A stretch of DNA of 64,000 nt from an uncultured Chloroflexia bacterium (GCA_963753125.1 CAVWAU010000002.1:7199-71198), one strand, 5' to 3'. Numbered from the stretch's first letter, positions 43,740 to 54,164 are shown. Numbers and translations are program-made. Notes: a model not told the origin generated them from the letters alone.

Positions 43740-44045
43740 CTACTCCTTCAGGTCGGCGTACTGGTCGACCTCGGCCGTCTGACGGGTGCGGATGATGGCG
43801 ATGACGAGGGCCAGGCCCACGGTCACCTCGGCGGCGGCGACGGCCATGATCATCAGCGCGAAGACGGCGCCGGTGTTCGCCTCGGGCGGCAGGTAGGCGT
43901 TGAAGGCGACCAGGCTCAGGTTCACCGCGTTGAACATGAGCTCGATGCTGATGAGCATCAGGATCGCGTTGCGCCGGGCCATGAAGCCGAAGGCGCCGAT
44001 GCCGAAGAGCATGGCGGAGACGAGCAGGTAGCCCTCGAGGCCCAT
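43740..44045 (-). CDS. nuoK: NADH-quinone oxidoreductase subunit K
   Basis: RRNAILMLISIELMFNAVN; AVAAAEVTVGLA. Confidence 0.96.
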   Translation of the reverse strand: MGLEGYLLVSAMLFGIGAFGFMARRNAILMLISIELMFNAVNLSLVAFNAYLPPEANTGAVFALMIMAVAAAEVTVGLALVIAIIRTRQTAEVDQYADLKE

Positions 44046-44048
44046 CGG

Positions 44049-44558
44049 TCAGTTCGCCCGCTCGTCCTCTTCCGGCCGGCGGGCCAGGAAGATGGCGCCG
44101 ATGATGGCGACCAGGATCAGCAGGCTGATGATCTCGAACGGCAGCGCGTAGTCGGTGAAGAGCGCGGTCGCGATGGCATCGACCGCCGCGGCGACGGCCT
44201 CGGCGGCGACGCCCCAGTCGGTCTGGACGACGGCCCAGCCGACCAGGCCGACGATGGCCAGCGCGACGACGGCGGCGATCGGCAGCTGCCGATGGAACGG
44301 CGCCGGCAGGTTCGCGTCGCCGGCCTGGGTGAGCATGATCGCGAACAGGATCAGGACGCTGATGGCGCCGAGGTAGATGAGGACCTGGGCGGCGGCGACG
44401 ATCGGCGCCCCGAGCAGCGCGTACATGCCGGCCAGCGAGCCGAAGCAGATCATCATCGCCACGGCCGAGTGGATGATGTTGCGCAGCGTGACGACCGCGA
44501 TCCCGGCCCCTACCACGCCGACGGCGAGCAGGAAGAAGAGGACGCTGGAGATGTCCAG
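44049..44558 (-). CDS. nuoJ: NADH-quinone oxidoreductase subunit J (apparent CTG start)
   Basis: QVLIYLGAISVLILFAIML; YALPFEIISLLILVAIIGA. Confidence 0.93.
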   Translation of the reverse strand: MDISSVLFFLLAVGVVGAGIAVVTLRNIIHSAVAMMICFGSLAGMYALLGAPIVAAAQVLIYLGAISVLILFAIMLTQAGDANLPAPFHRQLPIAAVVALAIVGLVGWAVVQTDWGVAAEAVAAAVDAIATALFTDYALPFEIISLLILVAIIGAIFLARRPEEDERAN

Positions 44559-44730
44559 GGTCGGTGCTCCCGTTCGATGAGGTTCGAGCGCTCGATGGCC
44601 CGCTCGGGGCCGCGACTCGATTCTAGCGTCACACGGAACCCATTGCGCGCTCGCGCGATCAGCCCGTACGTTCGCCGCATCGCCGCGGCCCCGGCGGTGG
44701 AGTGAGGCATTAATGGAGGTCGAGATCACG

Positions 44731-45099
44731 ATGACGAGACGGACCATCTCGGTGCTCGCTGCGCCTGGCGCTGACGCTGGCCGCGTGCGGCGGCGGTGGG
44801 GGCGGAGGCGGCGGCGACGGGGGCCGAGGATCTCCGACGACGGCCACCGTCGAGTCCGGCGCCGAGCGCGTCGCCCAGCCGCTCGCCCGGGTCGCTATCG
44901 CCTCACCATCACCGAGGACTGCGACGACTACACCGTCACGATCACCCAGGAGGGCGGTGACTTCACCTACGAGATCTCGAACTCGCCGATCCGGATCGTG
45001 TTCGTGAACGACGTGCCGGGCGGCAACTTCCTCATCGAGCAGACGAACCCCGACTGCACCGACTGGACCCTCGACCTCGCCCGCGTGAGCGGCGGCTGA
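44731..45099 (+). CDS. Small lipoprotein, antisense to the nuo operon (frameshifted)
   Basis: GGAGG RBS; lipobox LALTLAAC (Cys codon 44786) followed by a Gly-rich linker; beta-rich domain with two Cys. Confidence 0.6.
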   Translation: MTRRTISVLAAPGADAGRVRRRWGRRRRRRGPRISDDGHRRVRRRARRPAARPGRYRLTITEDCDDYTVTITQEGGDFTYEISNSPIRIVFVNDVPGGNFLIEQTNPDCTDWTLDLARVSGG

Positions 45100-45420
45100 C
45101 GCGCGTTCGGCTTCGCGAACCGTCCAAATTCACACCAGGTGACCGTTACGCGCGTTCGGCCGTCGCGAACCGTCCGAATTCACACCAGGTGACCGCCAGA
45201 GCCCGCATCTGACCGTTCGCGGCCCGTTCGGCTGCGTAACGCTCACTCCACGTGAATTCGGACCGTTCGAGCCGAGCGCGCGAACTGCCAAATGCTCACC
45301 AGGTGAGCGTCACGCCGCGACCGTCGCGTCCGCCAGTGATACTGGTGAGCGCCACACGGCGAATCTGACCGTTCGCGGCCGCGTCGGGCCGCTAGCGCTC
45401 GACGTGAGCATCTGACAACT
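45099..45420. repeat. REP/BIME-like cluster of ~48-bp units in direct and inverted orientation
   Basis: Near-identical copies at 45099-45145 and 45148-45195; inverted copy about 45234-45269; degenerate direct copy about 45277-45315; exact ATCTGACCGTTCGCGGCC at 45207 and 45363. Confidence 0.8.
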
Positions 45421-45464
45421 CACGGCCGGCGTGGCACCAAGTCGCCGCCGCCGGCGGCATCGGT

Positions 45465-47858
45465 CTAGCGGGTGGGTCGCTCCCGGTCGGACATCTCGAG
45501 GATGTCGAGCATCGGCAGGTCGCGCTGGTACTCGCTGAACTCGAACTCGGGGCCGCAGCGCAGGGCGTCGTACGGGCAGGCATCGGCGCAGATGCCGCAG
45601 AAGATGCAGCGGACTGACGTCGAGCTGGTAGGTCTCGAGGATGCGCGGCCGCGGCATGAGCGCGCCGACCGGGCAGGTCTCGGCGCATCGGCCGCAGGAG
45701 ACGCACGGCGTCTCGTTGAGGCTGACGTAGTCGGCGGTGGTGACGAGCGAGTCGAAGCCCTTGCCGATGAAGTCGTAGCAGCCGGCGCCGACGATCTCCT
45801 TGCAGACCTGGGCGCATCGGCCGCAGTCGATGCAGCGGCGAGTAGTCGCGCAGGATGAACGAGTGGGTCTCGTCGCGGCCGTAGCCGTGGTTGACGCCGA
45901 CGTACGGGTTGTCCTGGATCGAGCGCTCGTCGATCGCCATGTTGAGCGTCGTCTCGTACTCGATCGCCGCCTCGCGCAGGTCGCAGTGGCCGATCGCCTC
46001 GCACGTGCACTGGAGGCAGCGGCCGGCCTCGGCCATGGCCTGGTCGCCGGTGTAGCCGAACTCGTACTCGTCGAAGTTCGTGCGCCGCGCCTCCGGGCCC
46101 TGCTTGCCCATGATCGCCTTCGGCTCCTTCACGTCGTCGGTGAAGGGCACGATGGTCAGGAAGTTCGGCTGCGGCTCGGTGACGATGCGCCGCACCTGCG
46201 GGTCGTCGAGGTCGTGGCCGCGCAGCCAGTAGTCCATCGCGTAGCGACGCGCGCCGCGCCTCGCCGATGGCCTCGACCACGGTCGCGGCGCCGGTCCGCA
46301 CGTCGCCCGAGGCGAAGATCTTCGGGACGTCGGTGCGGAAGATGTGCTCCTCGGCCTCGAGCGTGCCGCGGCGGCTGACCTCGAGCCCGGCGCGGATCTC
46401 CTCCGGCTCGGAGTCGACCCACGACAGCTCCGGGCCCTGGCCGATGGCGCCGAGCACGGTGTCGCACTCGACGATGAACTCGGTGCCGGGCATCGGCTCC
46501 GGGCGGCGGCGGCCCTGCTCGTCCGGCTCGCCGAGCTTCATGCGCTGGAACTCGACGCCGGTGACCTTGTTGTTGTCATCGGTCACGATCCGGGTCGGCG
46601 CGGCCTGGAAGATGACGCGCGCGCCCTCCTCGATCGCCTCGTGCACCTCGTCGGCGGCCGGCATGTCCTTGAGGTCGCGGCGGTAGACGAGCGTCACCTC
46701 GGCAGCGCCCTGGCGCACGCTGGTCCGGGTGCAGTCGATGGCGGTGAATCCGCCGCCGATGACGACCACCCGGGCGCCCTTCAGGCGCGGGACCGGGATG
46801 CCGCGCGTCGAGTTGTAGAGGTTCTCGAGCGCGTTGACGGTGCCATCGGCGTCCTCGCCCTCGATGCCGAGCTCGTTCGGCTTGTAGCAGCCGATGCCGA
46901 CGTAGATGGCGTCGTAGTCGTCGATGATGTCGCCGATGTGGAAGTCGCGCCCGAGGCGCATGTTCGGCTTGAAGGTCGCGCCGAGCTCCCAGACGTGGTT
47001 GAGCTCGCGGTCCATCCAGCCCTTCGGCAGGCGGTACTGCGGGATGCCGTAGCGCAGCATGCCGCCCTGCTCCGGATCGGCCTCGAAGACGTCGCAGTGG
47101 TGTCCGCGCAGCTGGAGGTAGTAGGCGGCGGTCATGCCGGCCGGGCCCGGAGCCGATGATCGCCACGCGGCGTCCGGTGTCGGGCTCCTTCGGCCACGGG
47201 ATCGGCGCCGGGGCGTCGACCTCCAGCACCCGGTCGGCGCAGTAGCGATGCGAGTCGCGGATGGCGATGGCGGTGTCGACCTCCTCGCGCCGGCAGTGCG
47301 TCTCGCACGGCGCCGGGCAGACGCGGCCGAGGATGGCCGGGAACGGCAGCGAGCGCTTCAGGATGCGCGTCGCCTCCTCCCAGTTGCCGAGCGTGTTCTG
47401 CTTCAGGTAGCCCGGGATGTCGACGCGGGTCGGGCACTTGAACTGGCAGGGCGGCAGGCAGTACGCGTCGTGGTCGCTGAAGATGAGCTCGAGCACCATG
47501 CGGCGGTTCTCGATGACGCGATCGGAGTGGGTGGTGATGACCATCCCCTCGGCGATGTGCGGTCCCGCAGCTGATCGGCGTGTCGTCCGGCCCTCGACCT
47601 CGACCGCGCAGATGCGGCAGGCGCCGTACGGGGCCAGCTTCGGCTCGTAGCACAGCGTCGGGACCTCGATGCCGAGCACGCGGCAGGCCTGGAGGATCGT
47701 CTGCCCCTCCTCGACCTGGAGCTGCTGGCCGTTGATGGTGACGCCGATCTCGCGGGTGCCGGGCACCATCGGCCAGATCGGCGTGTAGTCGTCGACCCGC
47801 CCATTGCCGGGCGCCGTTGCCGTTGCCGGCCGTTGCCGTTCGTCGTTCCGAAGCCCAT
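45465..47858 (-). CDS. Fusion flavoprotein: NuoG-like N-terminal Fe-S domains + GltD/SfrB-type FAD/NADPH domain + 2x[4Fe-4S] + C-terminal half of NuoI (frameshifted)
   Basis: PTLC..GACRIC [2Fe-2S]; PPCQFKCP..GRVCPAPCE..C; IIGSGP.G; IGGGFTAID..YRR; CIDCGRC..C and CVSCGRC...CP; ETYQLD..RCIFCGICADACPYDAL..GPEFEFS. Confidence 0.85.
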
Positions 47859-47870
47859 CGGCTCCGTATC

Positions 47871-49256
47871 CTAGCTGAGGCTGAGTGGCCGGCCGCCGGA
47901 TCGACTCCGGGCAAGCGGCTGGAGGAGGGGTGGCCACGCCGTCGGTGCGGCAGGCGCCGGCCAGGCACACGCCGCGCTCGGCGTGCGCCCGGTACTCGTC
48001 ATCGAAGCGGTCGAGCGTCGTCAGGATCGGGCCCGAGGCGAGCCGCTCCAGCTTGCAGAGGGCGGTGTCGCTCACCTTGCGCGACAGCTCGCGCAGGAGC
48101 TCGAAGTCGTTCGGTCGCGGCGTGGCGGCCAGGATCCGGTCGAGCGCCTCGACGAGCCGCTTGCGTGCCGATGCGGCACGGGACCGCCTTGCCGCACGCC
48201 TCGCGCGCGCTGAAGTCGATGAAGAAGCGCGCGCGTGGCGACCATGCAGGTGCGCTGAATCGGTGACGAGCACCGAGCCGGAGCCGATGATCGCGCCGGC
48301 CGCCTCCATCGCGTCGTAGTCGTACGCCAGGTCCAGCGATCCGGCGTCGATCGCGCCGCCGCCCGGGCCGCCGACGAAGAGCGCCTTGGTCGTGCCGGTG
48401 CCGCCGCCGGCCATGCCGAGCAGGTCGAGCAGCGAGCGTGCCGAACGGGACCTCGAGCAGGCCCGGCTCGCCGACGCGGCCCATGACCGTGACGAGCTTC
48501 GTGCCGCGGTTGCCCTCGCTGCCGACCGACGCGAAGGCGTCCGGCGAGTGGGCCATGATCCACGCCACGTGCGCCAGCGTCTCGGCGTTCTGGACCACCG
48601 TCGGCGCGCCCCACAGGCCCCTTGTCGGCCGGGTACGGCGGACGGATCAGCGGCATGCCGCGATCGCCGGAGAGCGCGCTGATGAGCGCGGTCTCTTCGC
48701 CGGCGACGTAGGCGCCGGAGCCCTCCCAGACGCTCAGCTGCACGCTCGTATCGGTCCCGAGGACGAGGTAGCCGGCCGAGGTGCGCCTCGGTCGCCTCGC
48801 GGATCGCGGTCTGGAGCCGCTCGATGGCCGCCGTCCAGTCGCGACGCACCGCGATGATCGCCTCGCTGGCGCCGACCGCGTAGGCGGCGATGAGCATGCC
48901 CTCGACCACGAGGTGCGGGTTGCCCTCGGCCAGCGCGCGATCGCCGAGCGCGCTCGGGTCGGCGCGCCATCAGGTTGGCGACCACGATCTTGCGGTCGGC
49001 CTCCGTTCCGCGGGCCACGCGCCACTTGTCGGCGGTCGGGAAGCCGGAGCCGCCACGACCACGGAGGCCGGCGGCCTCGATCTCGCCGATCATCCCCTCC
49101 GGCGACAGCTTCGTGATGGCGCGCTCGAGGCCGGCGTAGCCGCCGTGGTCGCGGTAGCTGGCCAGGCTCGATCGGGTCGACCCGGCCGATGTCGGTCAGG
49201 ATGCGGTGCTCGCCGCCGGCGAGGATGCGGATCTGCGGCGACAGGGCGCTCGCCAT
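47871..49256 (-). CDS. nuoF: NuoF/HydB-like flavoprotein with divergent motifs (frameshifted)
   Basis: GLRGRGGSGFPT..KW; GAYVAGEETAL; VQNAETLA; GGPGGG; EACGKAVPCRIG; C-terminal H....C..G.C. Confidence 0.85.
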
Positions 49257-49257
49257 G

Positions 49258-50091
49258 TCAGCCAGCGCTCCCGGCGGTGGCGGCCGCGCGCCGCTCGCCG
49301 ACGATGTGGAGGGCCTTGTCCTCGGTCAGCGGGCCGTAGACCAGGGTGTCGATCCGGATCGCCGGGCTGATCGCGCCGGCGCCGACGTCCGTGCGCGTCT
49401 CGAGGCTGAAGCGGCCGTCGGCCGTCGTCTCGCCGGCCCGGATGCCGAGCTCTCGCTCGAGCGCGCGCGAGCAGGCGGTCGCCGCCGGCGAACCGGCACG
49501 AGGCGCAGTCGCAGACGGTGACGACGTGGCCCTCGGCGGGGAGCAGCCGGAAGCCGCCAAGGCCGGCGGCGCCGAAGACCTGCGCCCAATGGATGGTCAT
49601 CCGGTCGCTGACCCGACGCAGCGCGCGTTCGGGCAGGTAGCCGTAGCGTCGCCTCGATGGGACGGAAGATGGCGACGAGCGCCTCCGGGCGCCCCGCCGA
49701 AGCCGTCGATGACCTCGTCGACGAAGGCGTGTCGATCTCCTCGTCCCAGCGCGCCGGGTTGCGCATCGGCCTGGCCGGCACGCCCGCGCGACGGTAGGCG
49801 TTCGCGTCCTGGCGCTCGTCGTAGATCTCCGGCATGCCGTAGCGGATGCGGTTGCCCTCGCGAGTCGAAGCCGCTCATGTCGATCGCCTCGACCGGGCAG
49901 ACCTGCGCGCACTGGAAGCACACCTCGCACTTGTGCTCGCCGAACGGGTCGTAGATCAGGTCGAGGCGGCCGCGCCATCGGTCGGGGATGTCGGGGCGCT
50001 GCTCGGGGTACTGGCGGGTCACCTTCGGCGAGAAGAAGTTGCGGAAGGTCGTCGCCATGCCCTTGGCAATGCCGGAGCCGGGAATCGCCAT
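49258..50091 (-). CDS. Probable fusion of NuoI N-terminal half and degenerate NuoE (frameshifted)
   Basis: TRQYPE..P.RWRG...GEHKCEVCFQCAQVCPVEAI (one motif only); then YGYLPE, VCDCASC, GETTADGRFSLE. Confidence 0.75.
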
Positions 50092-50105
50092 CAGTGCGCC
50101 TCGCA

Positions 50106-51119
50106 TCACAGGTCGAGCACCACGACCGCGATGGCGGTGACGAACAGGTTGACCAGCGCGAGCGGCAGCAGAACCTTCCAGGCGACGCCCATCAGCTGGT
50201 CGACGCGCACGCGCGGCAGCGTCGCCCGCAGCCAGACGGCGACGAACACGAAGAGGTAGGTCTTCAGGAAGAACCAGAAGGCTCCGTAGAGCGTGCCGCC
50301 GAAGCCGTCCAGCTGGGCGGGGAACGGCCACGGCGCCAGCCAGCCGCCGAAGAAGAGGCTGATCAGGATGCCGCTCATGATGAAGAGCGCCACGTACTCG
50401 GCGAAGAAGAAGAAGCCGAAGCGCATGCCCGAGTACTCGGTGAACGGTCCGGCAACCAGCTCCGAGTCGGCCTCGACCATGTCGAACGGCGTGCGGTTCA
50501 CCTCGGCCAGCGAGGCGACGTAGAAGATGGCGACGCCGACCGGCTGCGCAGACGAAGAGCCACCCGTTCTCGCGCTGCCACTGCGATCACCTCGCTGAAG
50601 TTGAGCGTGCCGGCCAGCACGACGGCGCCGACGATCGAGAGGGTCAGCGGGATCTCGTAGCTCACCATCTGGGCGGCGCTGCGCAGCCCGCCCAGCAGCG
50701 AGTACTTGTTGTAGCTCGCCCAGCCGGCGACCAGCAGGCCGACCACCGAGAGCCCGAGCACCGCGAAGAAGTAGACGATGCCGATGTTCATGTTGCTGGC
50801 GATGGCGCCCGGCGCGAACGGGATGACCAGCATGCTCATGGCGGCCGCCATGTAGACCATCCAGGGCGCCAGGGTGAAGGTCCCCCGATCGGCCTGATCC
50901 GGGACGGTGTCCTCCTTGGCGAGCACCTTGAAGCCGTGGATCGTGCTCTGGAACATGCCGCTCGGCCCGATCCGGTTCGGGCCGAGGCGCAGGTTCATGC
51001 CCGCGATCACCTTCAGCTCCATCTGGATGATGACGAACGCGGTCGGCACGGTCAGCAGCAGCAGGAGCGTCGTGGCCAGCACGAAGCGCCCGATGCCGAG
51101 GAGCAGCTCCCAAGTCCAT
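50106..51119 (-). CDS. nuoH: NADH-quinone oxidoreductase subunit H (frameshifted)
   Basis: RLGPNRIGP; NKYSLLGGLRSAAQMVSYE; NRTPFDMVEADSELVAG..TEYSG. Confidence 0.95.
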   Translation of the reverse strand: MDLGAAPRHRALRAGHDAPAAADRADRVRHHPDGAEGDRGHEPAPRPEPDRAERHVPEHDPRLQGARQGGHRPGSGRSGDLHPGALDGLHGGRHEHAGHPVRAGRHRQQHEHRHRLLLRGARALGGRPAGRRLGELQQVLAAGRAAQRRPDGELRDPADPLDRRRRRAGRHAQLQRGDRSGSARTGGSSSAQPVGVAIFYVASLAEVNRTPFDMVEADSELVAGPFTEYSGMRFGFFFFAEYVALFIMSGILISLFFGGWLAPWPFPAQLDGFGGTLYGAFWFFLKTYLFVFVAVWLRATLPRVRVDQLMGVAWKVLLPLALVNLFVTAIAVVVLDL

Positions 51120-51122
51120 CGG

Positions 51123-52407
51123 CTACTTGTCCACGCCACCCATGACCGGGTCGAAGCTCGCCATGACCGCCATCGTATCGGCCACGAGGCGGCCCGGCAT
51201 CAGCTTCGGGAGCGCCTGCAGGCTGATGAAGCTCGGGTCGCGCATCCGGAACCGATACGGGTTCGGGTCCGCCGTCGCTGATGGCGTACACGCTGTAGAG
51301 GCCGCGCGGCGACTCGACCGCGCCGTACGCGCGGCCCGGCTTCGGCCGGATGATGCCCGGCACCTGCGCCTGGACCGCCCCGTGCGGCATCTTGTCGATG
51401 ATCTGGTCGATCAGGTGGATGCTCTGCTTGATCTCGGCGATGCGCTGGAGGTAGCGCGAGTACGAGTCGCCGCCCTGCTGGGTGATGATGTCGAACTCGA
51501 GCTCGTTGTAGATCGAGTACGGGTGCGCCTTGCGCACGTCGAACGGCACGCCCGACGCCCGCAGGTTCGGTCCCGTCACGCCGAGGCTGATGGCCTCCTG
51601 GCCGGTCAGGGTGCCCATGTTGATGGTCCGAGAGCGGAAGATCTCGTTGTCGGTGATCATCGCCTCGTTCATCTCGATGTTCTTGAGCACCTTGCCGCGC
51701 CAGGTGCCGAGCCGGCTCAGGAACTCGTCGTTCGTGTCGAAGTTCACGCCGCCGACGCGGAAGAAGTTGAAGAGCATCCGCTGCCCGCTGATCGCGCTCA
51801 GCAGGTCGACGATCTCGTCCCGGTTGATGAACGCGTACAGGATCGGCGTCAGGCCGCCCATGTCGAGCGCCAGGAACCCCATCATCAGGCCGTGGCTGAA
51901 GACGCGGTTCAGCTCGACCACCAGCGCACGGATGTACTCGGCGCGCTTCGGCGCCTTGATCCCGTACAGCTTCTCGAACGCGATCGCCGGCGCGTGCTCG
52001 TTGTGCATCGTCGAGATGTAGTCCATCGGGTCGACGTAGGTGAGCACCGTGGTGTAGGTGGCGTTCTCGCAGAGCTTCTCGATGCCGCGGTGCAGGTAGC
52101 CGAGCACCGGGTCGATGTCGATGATGACCTCGCCGCGGACCTTCACCACCAGCCGCATCACGCCGTGCGTCGAGGGATGCTGCGGGCCCATGTTGATGAG
52201 CATCTCGCCCTCTTCGAGGGTGTAGATGTCCCGCTCGCGATCGGTCACCGGCGGTCGGTCCGGGATCCCGACCTGGTCGAAGCCGGCGTACTCGCCGCGC
52301 TCCGTTCGGACCGGCACCAGGCCGGCCACGGCGCGCAGCCGCGCCTCCTCGGCCCGGTCGAGCTCGATCGGATCGGGGATCCGGGTCTCCGGGTCGATCG
52401 TCGTCAT
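51123..52407 (-). CDS. nuoD: NADH-quinone oxidoreductase subunit D (frameshift near 3' end)
   Basis: NMGPQHPSTHGV; GYLHRGIEK; ESPRG; DP.MGGVDK*. Confidence 0.96.
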
Positions 52408-53011
52408 CCGGTCGGCTCGCGTCGCCCCGTCCTCGTCGGCGCCGTCGCTCGATCGCGCGGGACGTCCAGCGCGTCGCGGAAGCGCGAGAGGTCCCACGTC
52501 TCGGGGCGCTCGAGCGGATTGACTCCGGCGGCCGGCGAGTCGGCCGCGTCGTCCGGCAGGATGAAGTCCTTCCGCTGCGGGAACGAGCGGTAGTCGGGGC
52601 TCATGTAGATCCGGCGCAGGTCGCGGTTGCCGTCGAACACGATGCCCATCATGTCGTACATCTCGCGCTCGTGGAACATCGCTCCCTCCCAGAGGTCGGT
52701 GATGCTCGCGATGCGCGGCCTGGCGCGGTCCACGTGCGCGCGGATGCGGAGCCAGCCGGGATGCTTCCAGCTGAACAGGTGATAGACGACCTCGAAGCGC
52801 TCGCCGACGCCGTAGTCGACGGCGGCGGCATCGGCGAGCATGAAGAACTCGAACGCCTCGTCGTCGCGCAGGGTGCGCAGCACGTCGTGGGCGCGGGCGG
52901 CGTCGACCTGGACCTCGACGGTGTCCTCGTCGGTCCACAGGTCACGGAGGTCGGGGCCGAAGCGCTCGCCAGCAGGCGGACGAGCGCACCGGCGGCGACG
53001 GGTGCGGTCAG
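52404..53011 (-). CDS. nuoC: NADH-quinone oxidoreductase subunit C (start uncertain, possibly CTG)
   Basis: [12 protein letters not shown]; [17 protein letters not shown]; P.RKDF. Confidence 0.92.
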
Positions 53012-53662
53012 CGCACGTCTCCTTCCCAGCGCGTGCGCTGGGGACCCCGGTCGACGTAGGTCTGCCACTGGCCGCGGCGCTGCTTGACCAGCTCGTGGAG
53101 CTTCATCATCCCGTAGATGAGCCCCTCGGGGCGCGGCGGGCAGCCGGGCACGTAGACGTCGACCGGCATGACGCGATCCACGCCCTGGACCACGCTGTAG
53201 GAGCGCTTGAAACGGCCGCCGGACGTGGTGCAGGTGCCCATGGCGACGCACCACTTCGGCTCCGGCATCTGCTCCCAGAGACGGACGAGCGGTCCGGCCA
53301 TCTTGGTGGTCAGCGTCCCCGCCACGATCAGCACGTCCGCCTGGCGCGGGCTGGCGCGGAACGGGAACATGCCGAATCGGTCGATGTCGTTGACGCTGGT
53401 GGCGGTGCTCATCATCTCGATGGCGCAGCAGCTCAGGCCCGAGAGCAGCGGCCACAGCGAGTTGGCCCGAATCAGGTCGAGCAGGTAATCGGCCTTGGTC
53501 GGGATCACCTCGAGCAGGCCGTGGAAGCCGCCCTGCGGATGCTCCTCCATGCCGAACGGCTGCAGCAGCGCGTCGTTGCCCGCCTGGTCGGGAATGATGA
53601 TCGGGCCGTCGCCCGTCGCCGGCGTCGGTCTCGAGGGAGGTGGTCGGTCGATCTACTGCCAT
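53008..53662 (-). CDS. nuoB: NADH-quinone oxidoreductase subunit B
   Basis: [10 protein letters not shown]; RASPRQAD; MPEPKW; [14 protein letters not shown]. Confidence 0.96.
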
Positions 53663-54018
53663 TTCAGGTCACCCTTCTTCCAGGCGTACAGCTCGCCGAA
53701 CATCAGGATCGCAAGGAAGATGCCGATCAGGATGATCCCCTGCCACTCGAGGGTCCGCACCGTGACCGCCCACAGGTAGACGAAGATGATCTCGACGTCG
53801 AAGGCCACGAAGAGCAGGGCGTAGAGGTAGAAGGCCAGACCGAATCGGCTCCACGTGTCGCCGATGGTGTCGACGCCGGACTCGTACGGCAGGCCCTTCT
53901 GGGGCCGTCGCCGCCGATGCGTGATCAGCCAGCTGAACAGGATCGTGCCGAAGACGAAGGTCGTCGCGGCGAACGCGAATCCGATGACGTAGAGCAGTCC
54001 GGTGTGATCCATCTCCAC
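53653..54018 (-). CDS. nuoA: NADH-quinone oxidoreductase subunit A
   Basis: PYESG; FYLYALLFVAFDVE; YAWKKG.L.W. Confidence 0.96.
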   Translation of the reverse strand: MEMDHTGLLYVIGFAFAATTFVFGTILFSWLITHRRRRPQKGLPYESGVDTIGDTWSRFGLAFYLYALLFVAFDVEIIFVYLWAVTVRTLEWQGIILIGIFLAILMFGELYAWKKGDLKWQ

Positions 54019-54164
54019 TCCGGTTGCACGCTGGTGCTGGTGTGTCGAGCGGCGCGCTCGACGCGTGAATCGTCGATCAGAGGAGCGCTCGGGCGAGTGG
54101 CTCGCACGCTCGATTCACAGTCTAGCAGGGGTGCTGAGCGCGCAGGCAGTCGGCGGCGGGCGAC

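Noticed and set aside
45099-45420. CRISPR array
   Set aside because: Units abut without unique spacers, occur in both orientations, and no cas genes are nearby.
45465-47135. Glutamate synthase small subunit (gltD) or hydrogenase/formate dehydrogenase subunit
   Set aside because: No gltB, H-cluster, NiFe or molybdopterin motifs are nearby, and the domain is fused to NuoG- and NuoI-type parts inside the nuo operon.
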